Translations under genes and position numbers: made by a program
Assembly (NCBI RefSeq): GCF_963921235.1
Contig: NC_086097.1
Location: 103,170,001-103,234,000 of the forward strand
DNA length: 64,000 nt
Reading direction: 5' to 3'
Source: Mobula hypostoma
Taxonomy: Eukaryota
Shown: one piece after another, positions 24,660 through 37,789 of the stretch
Layout of the letters: every line of letters begins with the position of its first letter
Numbering within the stretch: position 1 is the first letter of the stretch
The notes under the pieces: model-generated
The model's database searches: none
The model's input: only the letters and a program-made list of their open reading frames with translations
Told to the model about the DNA's origin: nothing

Positions 24660-26930
24660 AAAAAAAATGCAGTTGCTGGGAATCTACAGTAAAAGCTGAG
24701 ATTGCTGGAAATATTCAGAAGATTTAAACACATTTATGGAGCGGGGGTGGTGGAAGCAGAAGTAACATTTCAGCCTTGACCCTTCATCAAGGCTGCAAGG
24801 AAACAAAAGGATCTTTGAAACTCCAAGAAGTGTAGGGTAGTGGGGGATTGAATGTCTCTGTCATAGTGTAATTAGGGTGGCCATGAGAATGCACAGTAAA
24901 CAAGGTGATCTACTCATTTAGTAAATGGAAGCAGTTAAAGAGAGAACATAGACAAAGAATTTAACAGTTGTGAAATGTAGAGCAAGAGGATATACCCAGC
25001 AGGTCAAGTTGGACATGTTCACCACTATGGGGGGAGAAGAAACAGAAGGATTGGGTGGTGGGGGGGTGGAAGGCAAGGAACTAACAAGCTGAACCAAGCA
25101 ACACATATAAAAGTTGCTGGTGAACGCAGCAGGCCAGGCAGCATCTCTGGGAAGAGGTGCAGTCGACGTTTCAGGCCGAGACCCTTCGTCAGGACTAACT
25201 GAACCAATATCACAGATAAGGGCCTCAACAAGGCCTTAAGGAGCAGTACATCATTTGTCTGGAAGCATTGAAGGCTTCTATATTTACTACAGAATTCTAC
25301 AACGTAAGGTAATTCCATTTTTCACTCTTTGTATCAGCGTCCGTCTGTGCTATTGACTTGGCTTTGTACCTTTTTTCTGTTTTCTTCCTCTGAGAGAAGG
25401 ACATATCCAATTTGTTTTGATGAAGGGTCACAGCCTGAAATGTTGACTGTTTACTCTTTTCCATAGATGCTGCTTAGCCACTGAGCTCTTCCAGTATTTT
25501 GTGTGTGTTGCTTAGATTCCAGCATCTACAAATTTTCTCTTGTTTGTGACCCCTGTCTGGCTGGTCCTTTTGCTCTATATCTCATAGCTCCCATGCTCTT
25601 TTCTCTGTGTTTTTGTTCTCCTGCTGCTCCCATTCACTCGTTGTCCAGAAACCTGTTTGCTGTTTGTCCCCTTGATCATTCCAATTTTGCAGAAATGTTT
25701 ATAGTCCTTACCTACCACCCAATGAGCCTCCATATCAAACATATTATTCTTCATAACTTCTGCCAATCCTGCAACTAAGGACATCTTTCCTACTGCTTTC
25801 TGTACTCCATGTCCACTGGTCCCTCCCCACTGATCATCCTCCTGGCACTTATCCCTGCAAGCATGACAAGTGCTATACCTGACCTTACATTTTCCCCCTT
25901 CACCAACATTCAGGGCCCCAAGCAGTTCTTCAAGGTGAGGTAACACTTCAAAGTACAAAGTAAATTTATTGTTAAAGAACGAACATGTCACCATATACTA
26001 CCCTGAAATTAGTTTTCTTGCAGGTGTTCACTGTAGAACAAAGAAATACAATAGAATAAATGGAAAAAACTATACATGGGTAAACACTGACAAACAACCA
26101 ATGTGCAAAAGAAGACAAACTGTGCAAATACAGTAAATAAATAAATAAATAGATAGATAGATAACTACTGAGAACATGAGTTGTCGAGTCCTTGAAAGTA
26201 GAGTTAGTTCAGTGTTGAGGTGAGTGGAGTTATCTACTTTGGTTCAGGAGCCTGATGGTTGAAGGGTAATAAATTTTCCTGAACTTGGTTCACTTCACCT
26301 GCCCATCCTCTACAAAGATGAGGCCCAGTGCAGATTGGGGGACCACTTTGTGCACCTTCACTCTCCTGGTGGTCAATTTGACTTCCTATTCCTATTCTGA
26401 CATGCCTGCCCATACCCTCCTCCTCCTCCTGCCATGATGAAGCTAAAGTCAGGTTGGAGGAGCAACTGTCTGAGTAGCTTCCAACTTGATACCGTGAACG
26501 TTAATTTCTCTGACTTCTGGTAACTTATTCCTCCTCCCTCCCTCTCCCTTCTCTCTTTTCCCATTCCCTATTCTGGTTACCCTCTCACCCCTTCTTCTCA
26601 CCTGCCCATCAACCCCCTCTTTCTTTCTTCTATAGTGTAATGTCCTCTTCTATCAGATTCCTCCTCCTTCAGCTATATATCTCTTCCTCCTATCCCCTCT
26701 CAGCTTTGAACTTCATCCTTCCTCGCACATCCACCTACCTTACCCCCTCACCTGGTCTCACCTATCACCTGCCAACTTGTACTTCCTTCCCACCCCACAC
26801 CTTCATATTCTGGCTTCTGCTCCTTCCTTTCCAGTTCTGATGCAAGTCTCGGCCTGAAACGTCGACTGTTTATTCCTCTCCACAGATGCTGCCTGACCTA
26901 CTGAGTTCCTCCAGGATTTTGTGTGTGTTG
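24660..26930. mobile_element. Cluster of decayed Penelope-like fragments in both orientations, with a Rex1-type 3' fragment inserted at about 25947-26290
   Basis: Repeated pLTR end (gatgctgcctg..ctgagttcctccagcattttgtgtgtgttg), GIY-YIG remnants and hammerhead-like cores. Confidence 0.75.
25161..25196 (-). ncRNA. Minimal type I hammerhead ribozyme (Penelope pLTR)
   Basis: Minus strand reads AGUC-CUGACGA-AGGGUCUCGGCCU-GAAAC-GUC-GACU: intact core, stem I AGUC/GACU, palindromic ACGU stem III. Confidence 0.75.
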
Positions 26931-26991
26931 TCTTGATTTACTAAAGCAGTTTTTACAGTCTCATGACATCCATTCAGGTCATTACAGCCAA

Positions 26992-27228
26992 TAACTTCTT
27001 TACTCAGAGAGTGGTAGCTGTGTGGAACGAGCTTCCAGCAGAAGTGGTTGAGGCAGGTTCAATGTTGTCATTTAAAGTAAAATTGGATAGCTATATGGAC
27101 AGGAAAGGAATGGAGGGTTATGGGCTGAGTGCAGGTCGGTGGGACTAGGTGAGAGCAAGAGTTCGGCACGGACTAGAAGGACCGAGATGGCCTGTTTCCG
27201 TGCTGTAATTCATATATGGTTATATGGT
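26992..27228 (+). mobile_element. CR1 3' fragment
   Basis: FFTQRVVAVWNELP plus 3' UTR and atatggtt tail; same subfamily as the copy at 19872-20110, in opposite orientation. Confidence 0.9.
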
Positions 27229-27595
27229 TAATTGAGTACTTAGGTCACTATTGTTTAATAAGAAAATTAAGTAATCAATTTGTTCACAGAATGATTCAAT
27301 AAGCAGTAGAAAACATGTTTTAATGAGTTTGATTGAGAATTGAATATTCTCTGCCACAGCTGCCCAGCCTCCTTTTGAACATTAAACACTTATTGTGTTT
27401 AAATGAAGAGCAAATAGGCTTTTGGTTTAAACACATCTTCAAGAAGATTTTAAACATAAAAAGTAAATAGTGTCTGAAGATGAGGGCTAAAGTGACAATT
27501 GTGAAAGAAAAATAGGCAAGTGCATCATTTTATTGTTTTTATTGACTGCCTTTTGTAGCTGATGTTACAGACATTTTATTTCTTCTATTATGTAG

Positions 27596-27808
<213 letters not shown>

Positions 27809-28249
27809 TAAGTGCAAATTTATTCTTTTGCCGTTATGAATATATTCTGCAGATATTGAAAGGAATGTTCTCAAGAGTCTTGGCACTTGCACCGAATAAA
27901 TGCGGCTCATTTCTCAATGGAAATGTAGGTTTCACAAGACAATAAACTATATAGAACTTGATTCTTGTGCCTTCAGTTAGCTTAATTCCTCAGTGTCACA
28001 ACTCTTAATTTAGGATAATTTTTGTAAATTAATGGTGTTAAACTAATTGAGAAATCCTACTTCTAATTGTTTCATTATCTTTTGTTGAATAAAAACGGTG
28101 AAGAACTAGTTAATCAAAAAAAAAAGAAAATAGGGAAAGTATTCTCATGTATTTAATTTTAACATGAAACATTTCCTTTATTTTGAAGACCTGCCCTTTA
28201 AGAACAATTTTCTTTAGGGACTACTAGCCATATTGGAGTGTAGATGCAT

Positions 28250-28600
28250 AGTTATAAGAAGGAAATGGTTCCTTCCACTCAACCTTTTCATGCTGACCAA
28301 GCTGCCTTCCTGTGCTAGTCCCTTTTGTTTGAATTTGTCCCGTATGCCTCTAAACATTTCCTATCTGTGAATATGACATTTTAAATATTGTAAATACGTC
28401 CACCTCTAATGCTTACTCTGGCAGTTTACTCCATATACCCACCATTCTCTGTATGGGAAAACTTGCCCCTTTAAATCTTTTCCCTCTTACTTTAAACCTA
28501 TGTCCTCATGTTCTAGACTCCCTCACTCTTGGGGGGCGGGGTGGAGAGAAGCTGTGACCATTTATCTCATTTATGTCTCTTAAAATTTTATAAACCAGAT
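28250..28600 (-). mobile_element. Old CR1 3' fragment
   Basis: Diverged match to the 3' ends of other CR1 copies in the window. Confidence 0.65.
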
Positions 28601-29467
28601 CCAAAGTTATCCATTTACTACTAGCATGTAGTGATAGCTGGATGATACTGCCTAAGGTATTTTATAAGTTATAGTTCTTCTGAGAACTAATACAATGAAG
28701 TAATAAAGTTCTGATCCTAAAGTAATGTTCAGTTAATATAGAAAATAGTTCAACATTAAAAAGGGCCAGAACCTATGTCCCATCCACTGCCAATGCTCTC
28801 CTTTGTACTTTTTCCAGTTTTGTGAAATCAGCTAGCATTCCATAGCTGTCTATGAAGCCGAGTGAGCAATGACTAAACCCTCAGTGAGTCCAGCAGGGGT
28901 AGGGAACCAGATGCTCACAAATGTTTTCCGCTTTCTAGTGATTTCAGTGTTCTGCTGTGCAAGAGTGAAAGCCAGTGGCTATTGGACCATGAAGCAGCAA
29001 TTTTTCTGGTGCTTCCAAGTACAGATTGTTAATTAGCTGGAATATATCAAAGATTTTGAATTGGCCAAAACTAAAATGTTGTAAACAGTTTGCTCAACTT
29101 CTCAAAGAATGTAATGAGAGGCAAGAACTTCCAATATTGTGCATTTTTGTTGGCTAATTCAAAAAAGTATTCCTGTTTTGCTTTTCATCCATCAATATGC
29201 TACATCCACAACACCAGAGGACTCATAAGTGACATTTCTAAGAATTGAAGGCATAAAGTTTAAGTGTCTGTCCATCTGTAACACCTCAATGGGCTTAGAA
29301 TATTTCAACAGGAGCAATTTGCATTCACATAGTAAAGTATGCTCTTATGCTTTAATGGGCCAAATTTGTCAGTAGACTACTTACCAAAACAGCGACCAAC
29401 AACTGGGTCAAATCACCTTTTAAAGAGCAGCTATGGGAAGCAAGACAGGTGACAGCAGCTGAAGATA

Positions 29468-30016
29468 CTGTACTGTGCAAAAGTCTTAGGCACGTGTACA
29501 TGGCTAGGGTGCCTAAGAATTATGCACAGTACTGTATTTGTCAATGTGGAACAGAGTGAGTTTGTAAATCTGGTGGGAGCAAAGGATGCTGGGAATGGTG
29601 GGGGTAGAGCGCCATGGGAGGGGTGTGGGGCAGGTGGCAGAGAAGGAGTGCCAAGGGTAGGGGGTGGCATAGGTGCAGACACACCCAGCCCTGAAACACC
29701 AGGCAAGGTCATTTGATTTTCAAATAATTGGTGTATTGATCATTACAGAATGTCTCTCTGGTGCTTCCCACTCTCTCCCATCCCCATTCTTCTTTTTCTA
29801 ACCATAATTCTCCTCTCCTTGGCCCCTTCCCATTCTCAGTCCACAATAGAGACCCATATCAGAATGAGATTTCTCATCACTCACATATGTCCTGAAATTT
29901 GTTTTCTTTTTGCAGTAGCAGTACAGTGCAATACCTAAAATTACTACATTATAGTGCAAAAGTCTTGGGCATCCAAGCTATATAATATATGTGCCTAAGA
30001 CTTTTGCGCAGTATTG
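29468..30016. mobile_element. Non-autonomous Tc1/mariner-like element (MITE)
   Basis: TA flanks at 29466-67 and 30017-18. TIR CTGTACTGTGCAAAAGTCTTAGGCAC / GTGCCTAAGACTTTTGCGCAGTATTG. The TIR is present four times, as two hairpins. Confidence 0.75.
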
Positions 30017-30877
30017 TACCTTTAAGAAAACCCCCATCCTCAATGATGGACGGGGTTGTTTCTATTCTGCTGGATCTTTCCAGAATCAAGACAACTTTGG
30101 AAGATCACTAAAAAATATATCTCTGCAGCCACATCTTTTGAGATCCTTCACTGCAGACCATAGGGTTCAGGGAACTTATCAGCTGAGTCCTATTAGTTTG
30201 ATCAGTTCTTTCTTGCTAATGATAGATTAATTTAATTTATTCCCTTCCTTTTGGATTTAGAGTTTCTGTTATTACTGTGATGCTTTTCATGCCTTCTTCC
30301 ATAAAGAGACATACAAAATATTTGTTCAGAATTTGTGCCACTTCCATTCATTCCATCATGAATTCCCCAGTCACATCCCAAGGAGCCAATGCTTAGATTA
30401 GCTGTGCTCTTTTTCCACACACTATAGAAGCTGTTGATTTACCCTGTAATTCCAGCTAACGTGCTCAATCCACTTGATCACTTTGTTTTCGAAAATTTGT
30501 CACTTTGCTGATTTATTTTCCAATCATTTGGCCCACCACTAATCTTCACAACACTTTATACTTTTTCCATCCTCAATCTGAGATACAGCCAGTTCTGACA
30601 CACATGTCTTTGGCATTAAAAAGCCAGACTGCTGCCAGCAAACAAGGCTTATAGCATCTGGAATTGTCAGTTATGAAGTGAATCAAGTTGGTTGGTGGTC
30701 ACTTTCTGTGTTGGTGAGAACCTCTTGATAAGACAGAAAGAAATCATCCATTTAGCCCTTTTAGCTGAATGCTAAAAGGGCTAAATGCTCTTATCATACA
30801 GAGGTAATGCCTTTGACATAAATTGCAATGTTCAGGAAGTGGCTACCATCCAATGACAAATAGGAATTGAAGTTATA

Positions 30878-32268
30878 AACACAATAGATCCTGCAGAAAT
30901 CCAGAGCAATTCAGCAGGTCAAGCAGCATCTATGGAAATGAATAAGCAGTAGACATTTTGGACTGAGACCTTTTAGGACTGGAAGTGAAGGAGGAAGTTG
31001 CCAGGATAAAAAGCTGGGAGGAGGGGAAGGAGGACTAGCTAGAATGTGATAGATAAAGCCAAGAGGGCGAGAAAGGTAAAGGGCTGGAGAGTAAGGAATC
31101 TGATAGAAGAGAGTGGACCATGGGAGAAAAGAATTTAAGTTGCATGGTTGCCTTGTCAAAATGCACACATCCCTTGAAAGAACTTGAAACAAAAATTTAC
31201 CACCTATCATGTCTTGAAGAAATTTCTGCCAAACTACTACCATCACATCAGTTGCAGTACCAGAGGATCCAATATATTCAACCATTGCGACACTCCTGCA
31301 AGAATGCCTGCCTTCCACCGTATTTTGGGGATTTTGACCATCCAGTTGTCTATCTGGTAGCACATCTTTCCTTCTCCACACCACCCCCAACTTTCTGCTT
31401 TCCACAGGGATTGCTCCCTACATGACTCACTTGTCCACTCGTCCCTCCCCACTTATCGCCCTCCTGGTACTTATCTTTGCAAGTGGAACAATTGGCACAC
31501 CTGCCCCTACACCTCCGCCCTCACTAACATTCAGGGCCCCAAACAGTCTTTGCAGATGAGGCAACGCTTCACCTGCGAGTCTCTTGGGGTCATCTACTGT
31601 ATCTAGTGTACCATTGTGGCCTCCTGTGTATCAGTGAGACCTGATGAAGATTGAGAGACCATTTTGTCGAGCATCTTTGCTCTGTCTGCCACAAAAAGTG
31701 GGATCTCCTGGTGGCCACCCATATCAATTCTATTTACATTCCCATTCCAACACGCCAGTCTATGGCCTCCTCTACTGCCACGATGAGGCCACTCTCAGGT
31801 TAGGGAAGCAACACTTTATATTCCATCTGTGTAGCCTCCGTCCTGATGGCATGAACATTGATTTCTCGAACTTACAGTACTTGCCCCACCTCTCTTCTTC
31901 CCCATTCCCCATTCCCATTTCCCTCTCTCACCTTATCTCCTTACCTGCCCATCACCTCCCTCTGGTGCTCCTCCGCCTTCCCTTTATTCCATGACCTTCT
32001 GTCCTCTCCTATCAGATTTCCCCTTCTCCAGCCCTTTATCTCTTTCACCAATTGACTTCCCAGCTCTTTGCTTCATCCTTCCCCCTCCCAGTTTCACCTA
32101 TCACCTACCACTTTGTACTTCTTCCTCCCTTCCCCTTAACTTTTTATTCTGACTTCTCCCCTTTCTTTTCAGTCCTGATAAAGGGTCTCGGCCTGAAACA
32201 TCAACTGTTTATTCTTTTCCACAGATGCAGGCTGGCCTGCTGAGTTCCTCCAGCATTTTGTGTGTGTG
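30878..32268. mobile_element. Inverted Penelope-like composite (minus arm about 30878-31130, plus arm about 31350-32268)
   Basis: pLTR ends face outward on both sides; decayed GIY-YIG coding at 31555-31870; degenerate hammerhead near 32170-32207. Confidence 0.75.
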
Positions 32269-32452
32269 ACATCTCGTTGTCCTCCTACCTGCATATAGGC
32301 AGAGACCATAAGACATAGGAGCAGAATTGGGCCATTCAGCTCATCAAGTCTGTTCCACCGTTTGATCACCGTTTGATCATGGCTGATATATTCTTCTGCC
32401 ATTCTTCTGCTTTCTCCCTGTAACCTTTGACATCCTTCCTAATCAAGAGCTA

Positions 32453-32840
32453 ATGGAGGATGAGAGGTGACCTGATAGAGGTGTTCAAGATAATGAGAGG
32501 CATTGATTGTATGGATAGTCAGAGGCTTTTCCTCAGGGCTGAAACAGCTAGCATGAGAGGGCATAGCTTTAAGGTGCTTGGAAGTAGGTACAGAGGAGAT
32601 GTCAGGGCTAAGTTTTTTATGCAGAGAGTGGTGAGTGCATGAAATGCGCTGCCAGCGGCGGTGGTGGAGGTGGAAATGATAGGGTCTTTTAAGAGACTCC
32701 TGGATGGCTACATGGAGCTTAGAAAAATAGAGGGCTATGGGTAAAGCCAAGGTAGTTCTAAAGTAGGGACATGTTCAGCACAACTTTGTGGGCAGAAGGG
32801 CCTGTATTGTGCTGTAGGTTTTCTATATTTATGTTTCTTT
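32453..32840 (+). mobile_element. CR1 3' fragment
   Basis: MRGDLIEVFKIMRG..RGH..FFMQRVV and tttctat tail. Confidence 0.88.
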
Positions 32841-32844
32841 GTCA

Positions 32845-33665
32845 TCTGCAGAAATTATCTGATGACTCGGCAATAGTTGGGTGAATAAAGGGAGGACATG
32901 AGGATAAATACAGGGCCCTGGTGGAGGACTTTGTCAGGTGGTGCAAGCGGAATCATCTACAGCTTAACATCAGTAAGGCAAAGAAGGTGGTAATGGATTT
33001 TAGGAAGTCTAAGCTTGCACTGTTTCCTGTTACTATTGATGGTGAGGACTTGGAGGTGGTGAGGACCTACAAGTACCTGGGGGTATACCTGGATGACAGA
33101 GGCTATGTACAAGAAGGGCCAGAGTCACCTCTACTTCCTGAGGAGACTGAGGCACTTTGGAGTATGCAGGCCTCCCCTTCACATGTCCTACCAGTCTGTT
33201 GTCACCAGTACAATCTTCTTTGTGGTGGTGTGCTGGGGCAATGGCATCAACATGGGTGATGCCAACAGGCTTAGTAAACTGATTAGAAAGGATGGCTGTG
33301 TTATAGGAGTCAAACTGGACATGCTGGAGACTGATAGAACAAAGGACCCTATGGAAAATCCTGGCAATTCTGGACAGAGTTTCTCACCCTCTGTATGCCA
33401 CCTTGGCTGAACAGAGGAGCACTTTCAGTAATTGACTAATACAACTGCGCTGCTCCAAAGAGCGCTATTTGAGGTCATTCTTACCCTCGGCCATTAGGCT
33501 CTATAATGAGTCAACCTATAGCCAGGGAACTGATGACCCCCCCCTGTTAGACTGAGGTAACTTATCTTTTATTCTTTCTTACTTTTAATATTTGTATATT
33601 TGTGCATTTGTAATGCTACTGTGACACTGTAATTTCGTTTGGGATCAATAAAGTATTTATGTATC
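32845..33665 (+). mobile_element. Rex1/Babar 3' fragment
   Basis: WCKRNHLQLNISK, YKYLGV, LYFLRRLR; 3' aataaa tail. A related minus copy lies at about 40170-40668. Confidence 0.85.
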
Positions 33666-33739
33666 TGCCTAGCTTGGGTGTTTCAAACACCTTCAGCCTC
33701 TTGCTTTGGCAGTCTGAGGTACACGAGAAGAACATCAAA

Positions 33740-34930
33740 ACCTGCCCCTATGACCAGTAGCATTTATATCCACCATAATAAAGCGTCTGGAGAGTTTAGT
33801 CATGAAGTACATCAACTCCTGCCTGAAGAACAACCTGGATCCGCTCCAATTTGCCTACCATCACAACATGTCAACAGCAGATGCCACTTCATTGGCTCTT
33901 TATTCAGCTCTGGAACACCTAAACAATGAAACATATATGAGGATACTCTTCATTGACTGCAGCTCAACATTCAGTGCTATCATCCCCTCAAAACTCATCA
34001 CTAAACTTCAAGACCTGGTGGGACACAGTACCTCCCTGTGCAACTAGATCTTGATTTCCTCACTGGCAGCCACTGTTAGTGCTGATTGGCAACAAGATCT
34101 CCACACTCACCATCTATACAGGTGCACTGCACCACAAGGCTGTGTGCTTAGCCCCTTCTCTACTCAGTTTATACTGATTGTTCAAAGTAGAAAATATGTA
34201 TACTTTATACATCCTTGAGATTTGCCTCTTTATGGGCAGCCACAAAACAAAGAAACCCAATAGAACCCTTTTTTAAAAAAGACTATCAAACAGTCAACAG
34301 GAAAAAAAGCAAATCATGCAAACAATAAAAGTAAGCAAATAACATTCAGAACTGATGTTCTTGAAAGTAAGTCTACAGCCACAAAGCAAGTCATCACTGA
34401 TTGTGTGGCCAGTACAGCTCCATACCAAATTTAAATTTGCTGATAACGCCACTAAAACAAAGGTGATAATGATTTATTGTATAGAAGGGAAATGAAAATC
34501 TGGGTGAGTGGTGCCACAACAACAACCTCTGACTCAATGTCAGTGAAACCAAAGAGCTAATTATCGACTAGAGGAGGAAGAAACCAGAGGCCCATGAGCC
34601 AGACCTCTTTAGGGGAAGCGGAAGTGGAGAGCATCAGTGGCTTTAAAATCTTTGGCATTAACATGTCAGGGATCTGTCCTGGGGCCAGCACATACGTGCC
34701 AATGCAGTGGAGGCACAACAACATCCCTACTTTCTTGGAAGTTTGCATCGATTTGGCATATCACCAAAACCTTTGACTAACTGCTATAGATGCACAGCGG
34801 TGAGTATCCTAGCTATTTGCATCACAGCCTTGTATGGAAACACCAATGCCCAGGAATAAAAAAGGATAGAAAAAGTGGAGATGAAGCCTTTCCCATAACT
34901 GAGTATATTTACTTAAAGCACTTTGCATAG
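33740..34930 (+). mobile_element. Decayed Rex1/Babar RT fragment with a nested antisense 3' tail (about 34180-34397)
   Basis: LDPLQFAY, MRILFIDCSS motifs. Confidence 0.8.
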
Positions 34931-36359
34931 AGAAATGCAAGTGATCTGTAGTATGTCAGAATGAGTACTCACGTCTTCTAAATATTCTGTTGCCTGTGAC
35001 TCGCTCTCCCTTTTTCTCCCCTTCCAAATAAAAAAAATCCAATAGAACATAGAATAATGTAGCATAGCAGCAGGTTCAGAGTTGGTTGTGGATTACAGGA
35101 GGAACAGAGACAGGCTAGCCCCTATTGACATCAATGGTTGAGAGGGTGAGTAATTTCAAGTTCCTTGAGGGTGTGTGTGTGTATATATTTATTACTACAC
35201 ATTTATTAGATTGCATATCTGACTGTACACATGTACAATTACGTATACATTCTTAGTGTTTGGGCAATATCCTCCCACATTTCCCTTCCTTATTGCTTGT
35301 ACAAAGTGACAGGGACGTAACATAAAGGTTTTTCACTGCCTCATGAGATGGATGTAAGAAGTAAAATTCTAATTCTAATTTAGAATTGTTGTGCTGGTCA
35401 TAGTGCCAATCTAAACTAATTCCCTCTGCCTTACATATGGTCTGCATCCCTCCATTCCCTGTCTGTTCATGTGACTAAGTCCCTCTTAAACATTGTTATT
35501 GCCTGGCAGAACCTTCCAGGCACCTACCACTCACTGTGTTATATGCATCTCCTATAAACTTTCCTCCTCTCACATTGAACCAAATCACTCTGGTATTTGA
35601 CATTTATACCCTGGAGGGAAAACACTGAGTCCCTCCCTCCAATTGTATGTGCCTCCCTAATTTTATATACTCTTTGGATTTTACGATCCTTCATACTCCA
35701 TTTCAACAGTTCATTAGTAGCTTTTTTCAGTAATATAAAATATTATCTAAAATTGGACATCTGATTCTTTCTTAACCTAAAATTGTACAAGTGTTTAATC
35801 TCTATAGATTGGCATGCTCAGATACTTAATAAGTATTACATTTCAATATTACAATTTAATTTATGTGTTTGATTATGAATATGGGATATTGCGATTGTAA
35901 GTGTGACTTAAATATAATGTATTTGGTACTATTCTATTTTTTTGATTCATAATATATATCTTCATGTACTGTGTTCTTCTATGTGGAAATTAATAAAAAA
36001 TATTGAAACATAAGTTAATCATTTATATTGAGCAGTAATTTGTGTTGTTTTCTCCGGAGCTGCAATGTCATGATGAATATGCTTTTTGTTCATCTTGTTC
36101 TCGTATAACATTTGGGTTTTAAACAAAGATTTGTGAGCATCTTTTTGAAAACAATACACTATGTTGTTATAGTATGGATGATTATAATAATAAGGAATAT
36201 TGATGCATTAAAGGGCACATGGTCCAACACAGCCAATGCAGATGAAATGTCTTTGCAGTATGGATATACCATTTCGGGGTTAGTCAACTAACTAAATCAA
36301 AGGATTCATTGATCCTGAATTCTACACTAAGTTGTTCAGATGATCTGCATAACTTTTAA

Positions 36360-36833
<474 letters not shown>

Positions 36834-37344
36834 TAACTATTAAATTGTATAATTTAACAGAGGACAGACAGTTAATAAAGTTAATTTACTGAAAATGCAG
36901 AATTGCATGCACCCCAAGTAACGGAATTTGTTTTAATGCTTTTTGTTTTGAAGTGCAGTTTGAAATGATTGATACTAATTTGCCCATCACATCTGTCTTT
37001 GTCTGTGCCATTTGTGTCTATAAGTGTCATTTAACAGCACCAAATTTGTATCTGCTTTTGTCAGATTCTTTACTGTCTTGCTAGAGGCTTAAAATTAAAC
37101 TTGTGTCCAAAATGGTTGTAATTGTAAGCCAGCACTCAAATATTTCATTAGTGGGTGCTTGTGGGGTAGCGTAGCTGTAGATATAGTGAGATACTGATAT
37201 CTGCAGTATCTCACTATTTGGCTGAGTTATTGTCAGATATCACTGTGTGACATCAGTTTGAAGGCTGATTACTTTGCCTAGGAGAAATTCCCATTAGAAA
37301 AGAAATAATGTGACCATTGGGTTTTTTAATGGCATTTCTGTTGA

Positions 37345-37605
37345 CCCGGCTGGTGGCGTAGTGGCATCAGCATCAGACTTCAGGTCGAAAGGTCCTGAGT
37401 TCGAATCCAGCTGGCTCCCCTACATGTTTTCCATCCGTGCTAGGTTACAAGCTGGTGATCTCTTTGGAAACTCTCCTGGCAGAAGGCAATGGCAAACCAC
37501 TGCTGTAACTTGCCTCGTACGCGGTACCCCCCTACGTCAGAGTGGCGTGGAGGGAAATCATCCGCTAACCGGAGAAACTCCGGATGCGACATACCTTTTC
37601 TTTCC
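37345..37605 (+). mobile_element. tRNA-derived SINE with TSD
   Basis: A box TGGCGTAGTGG, B box GAGTTCGAATCC, body motif GAAGGCAATGGCAAACCAC, (CTTT)n tail. TTCTGTTGA duplicated at 37336-37344 and 37606-37614. Confidence 0.85.
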
Positions 37606-37789
37606 TTCTGTTGAGTATATATTAAGAATTAACATTGGAATTGGCCATTGTCACCTGTGTCATTGCACTGAGGAAGAATGGAGAAGTAGAAAGGTGGGCC
37701 GGAGAACTCTGATTTTGTCATAGGGCCTGTATGTATTTCCATTTTTTAGCAGAATAATTTGGACTGTTTTAAGGCTCAAGCACCAAGGA

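Noticed and set aside
1..27595. Further TTBK2 exons upstream (and downstream of 36818)
   Set aside because: I recognised no TTBK2-like peptide with splice sites by eye; a short or divergent exon could have been missed.
36850..37110. Additional TTBK2 micro-exon after ttaacag acceptor-like sites (36860, about 37037)
   Set aside because: The first would need a 42-nt intron and hits a stop; the second gives a 10-nt frame-shifting exon with a weak donor. Neither has support.
37345..37420. tRNA gene
   Set aside because: A and B boxes are present, but the sequence continues into a SINE body and tail with a TSD, and I could not fold a convincing cloverleaf.
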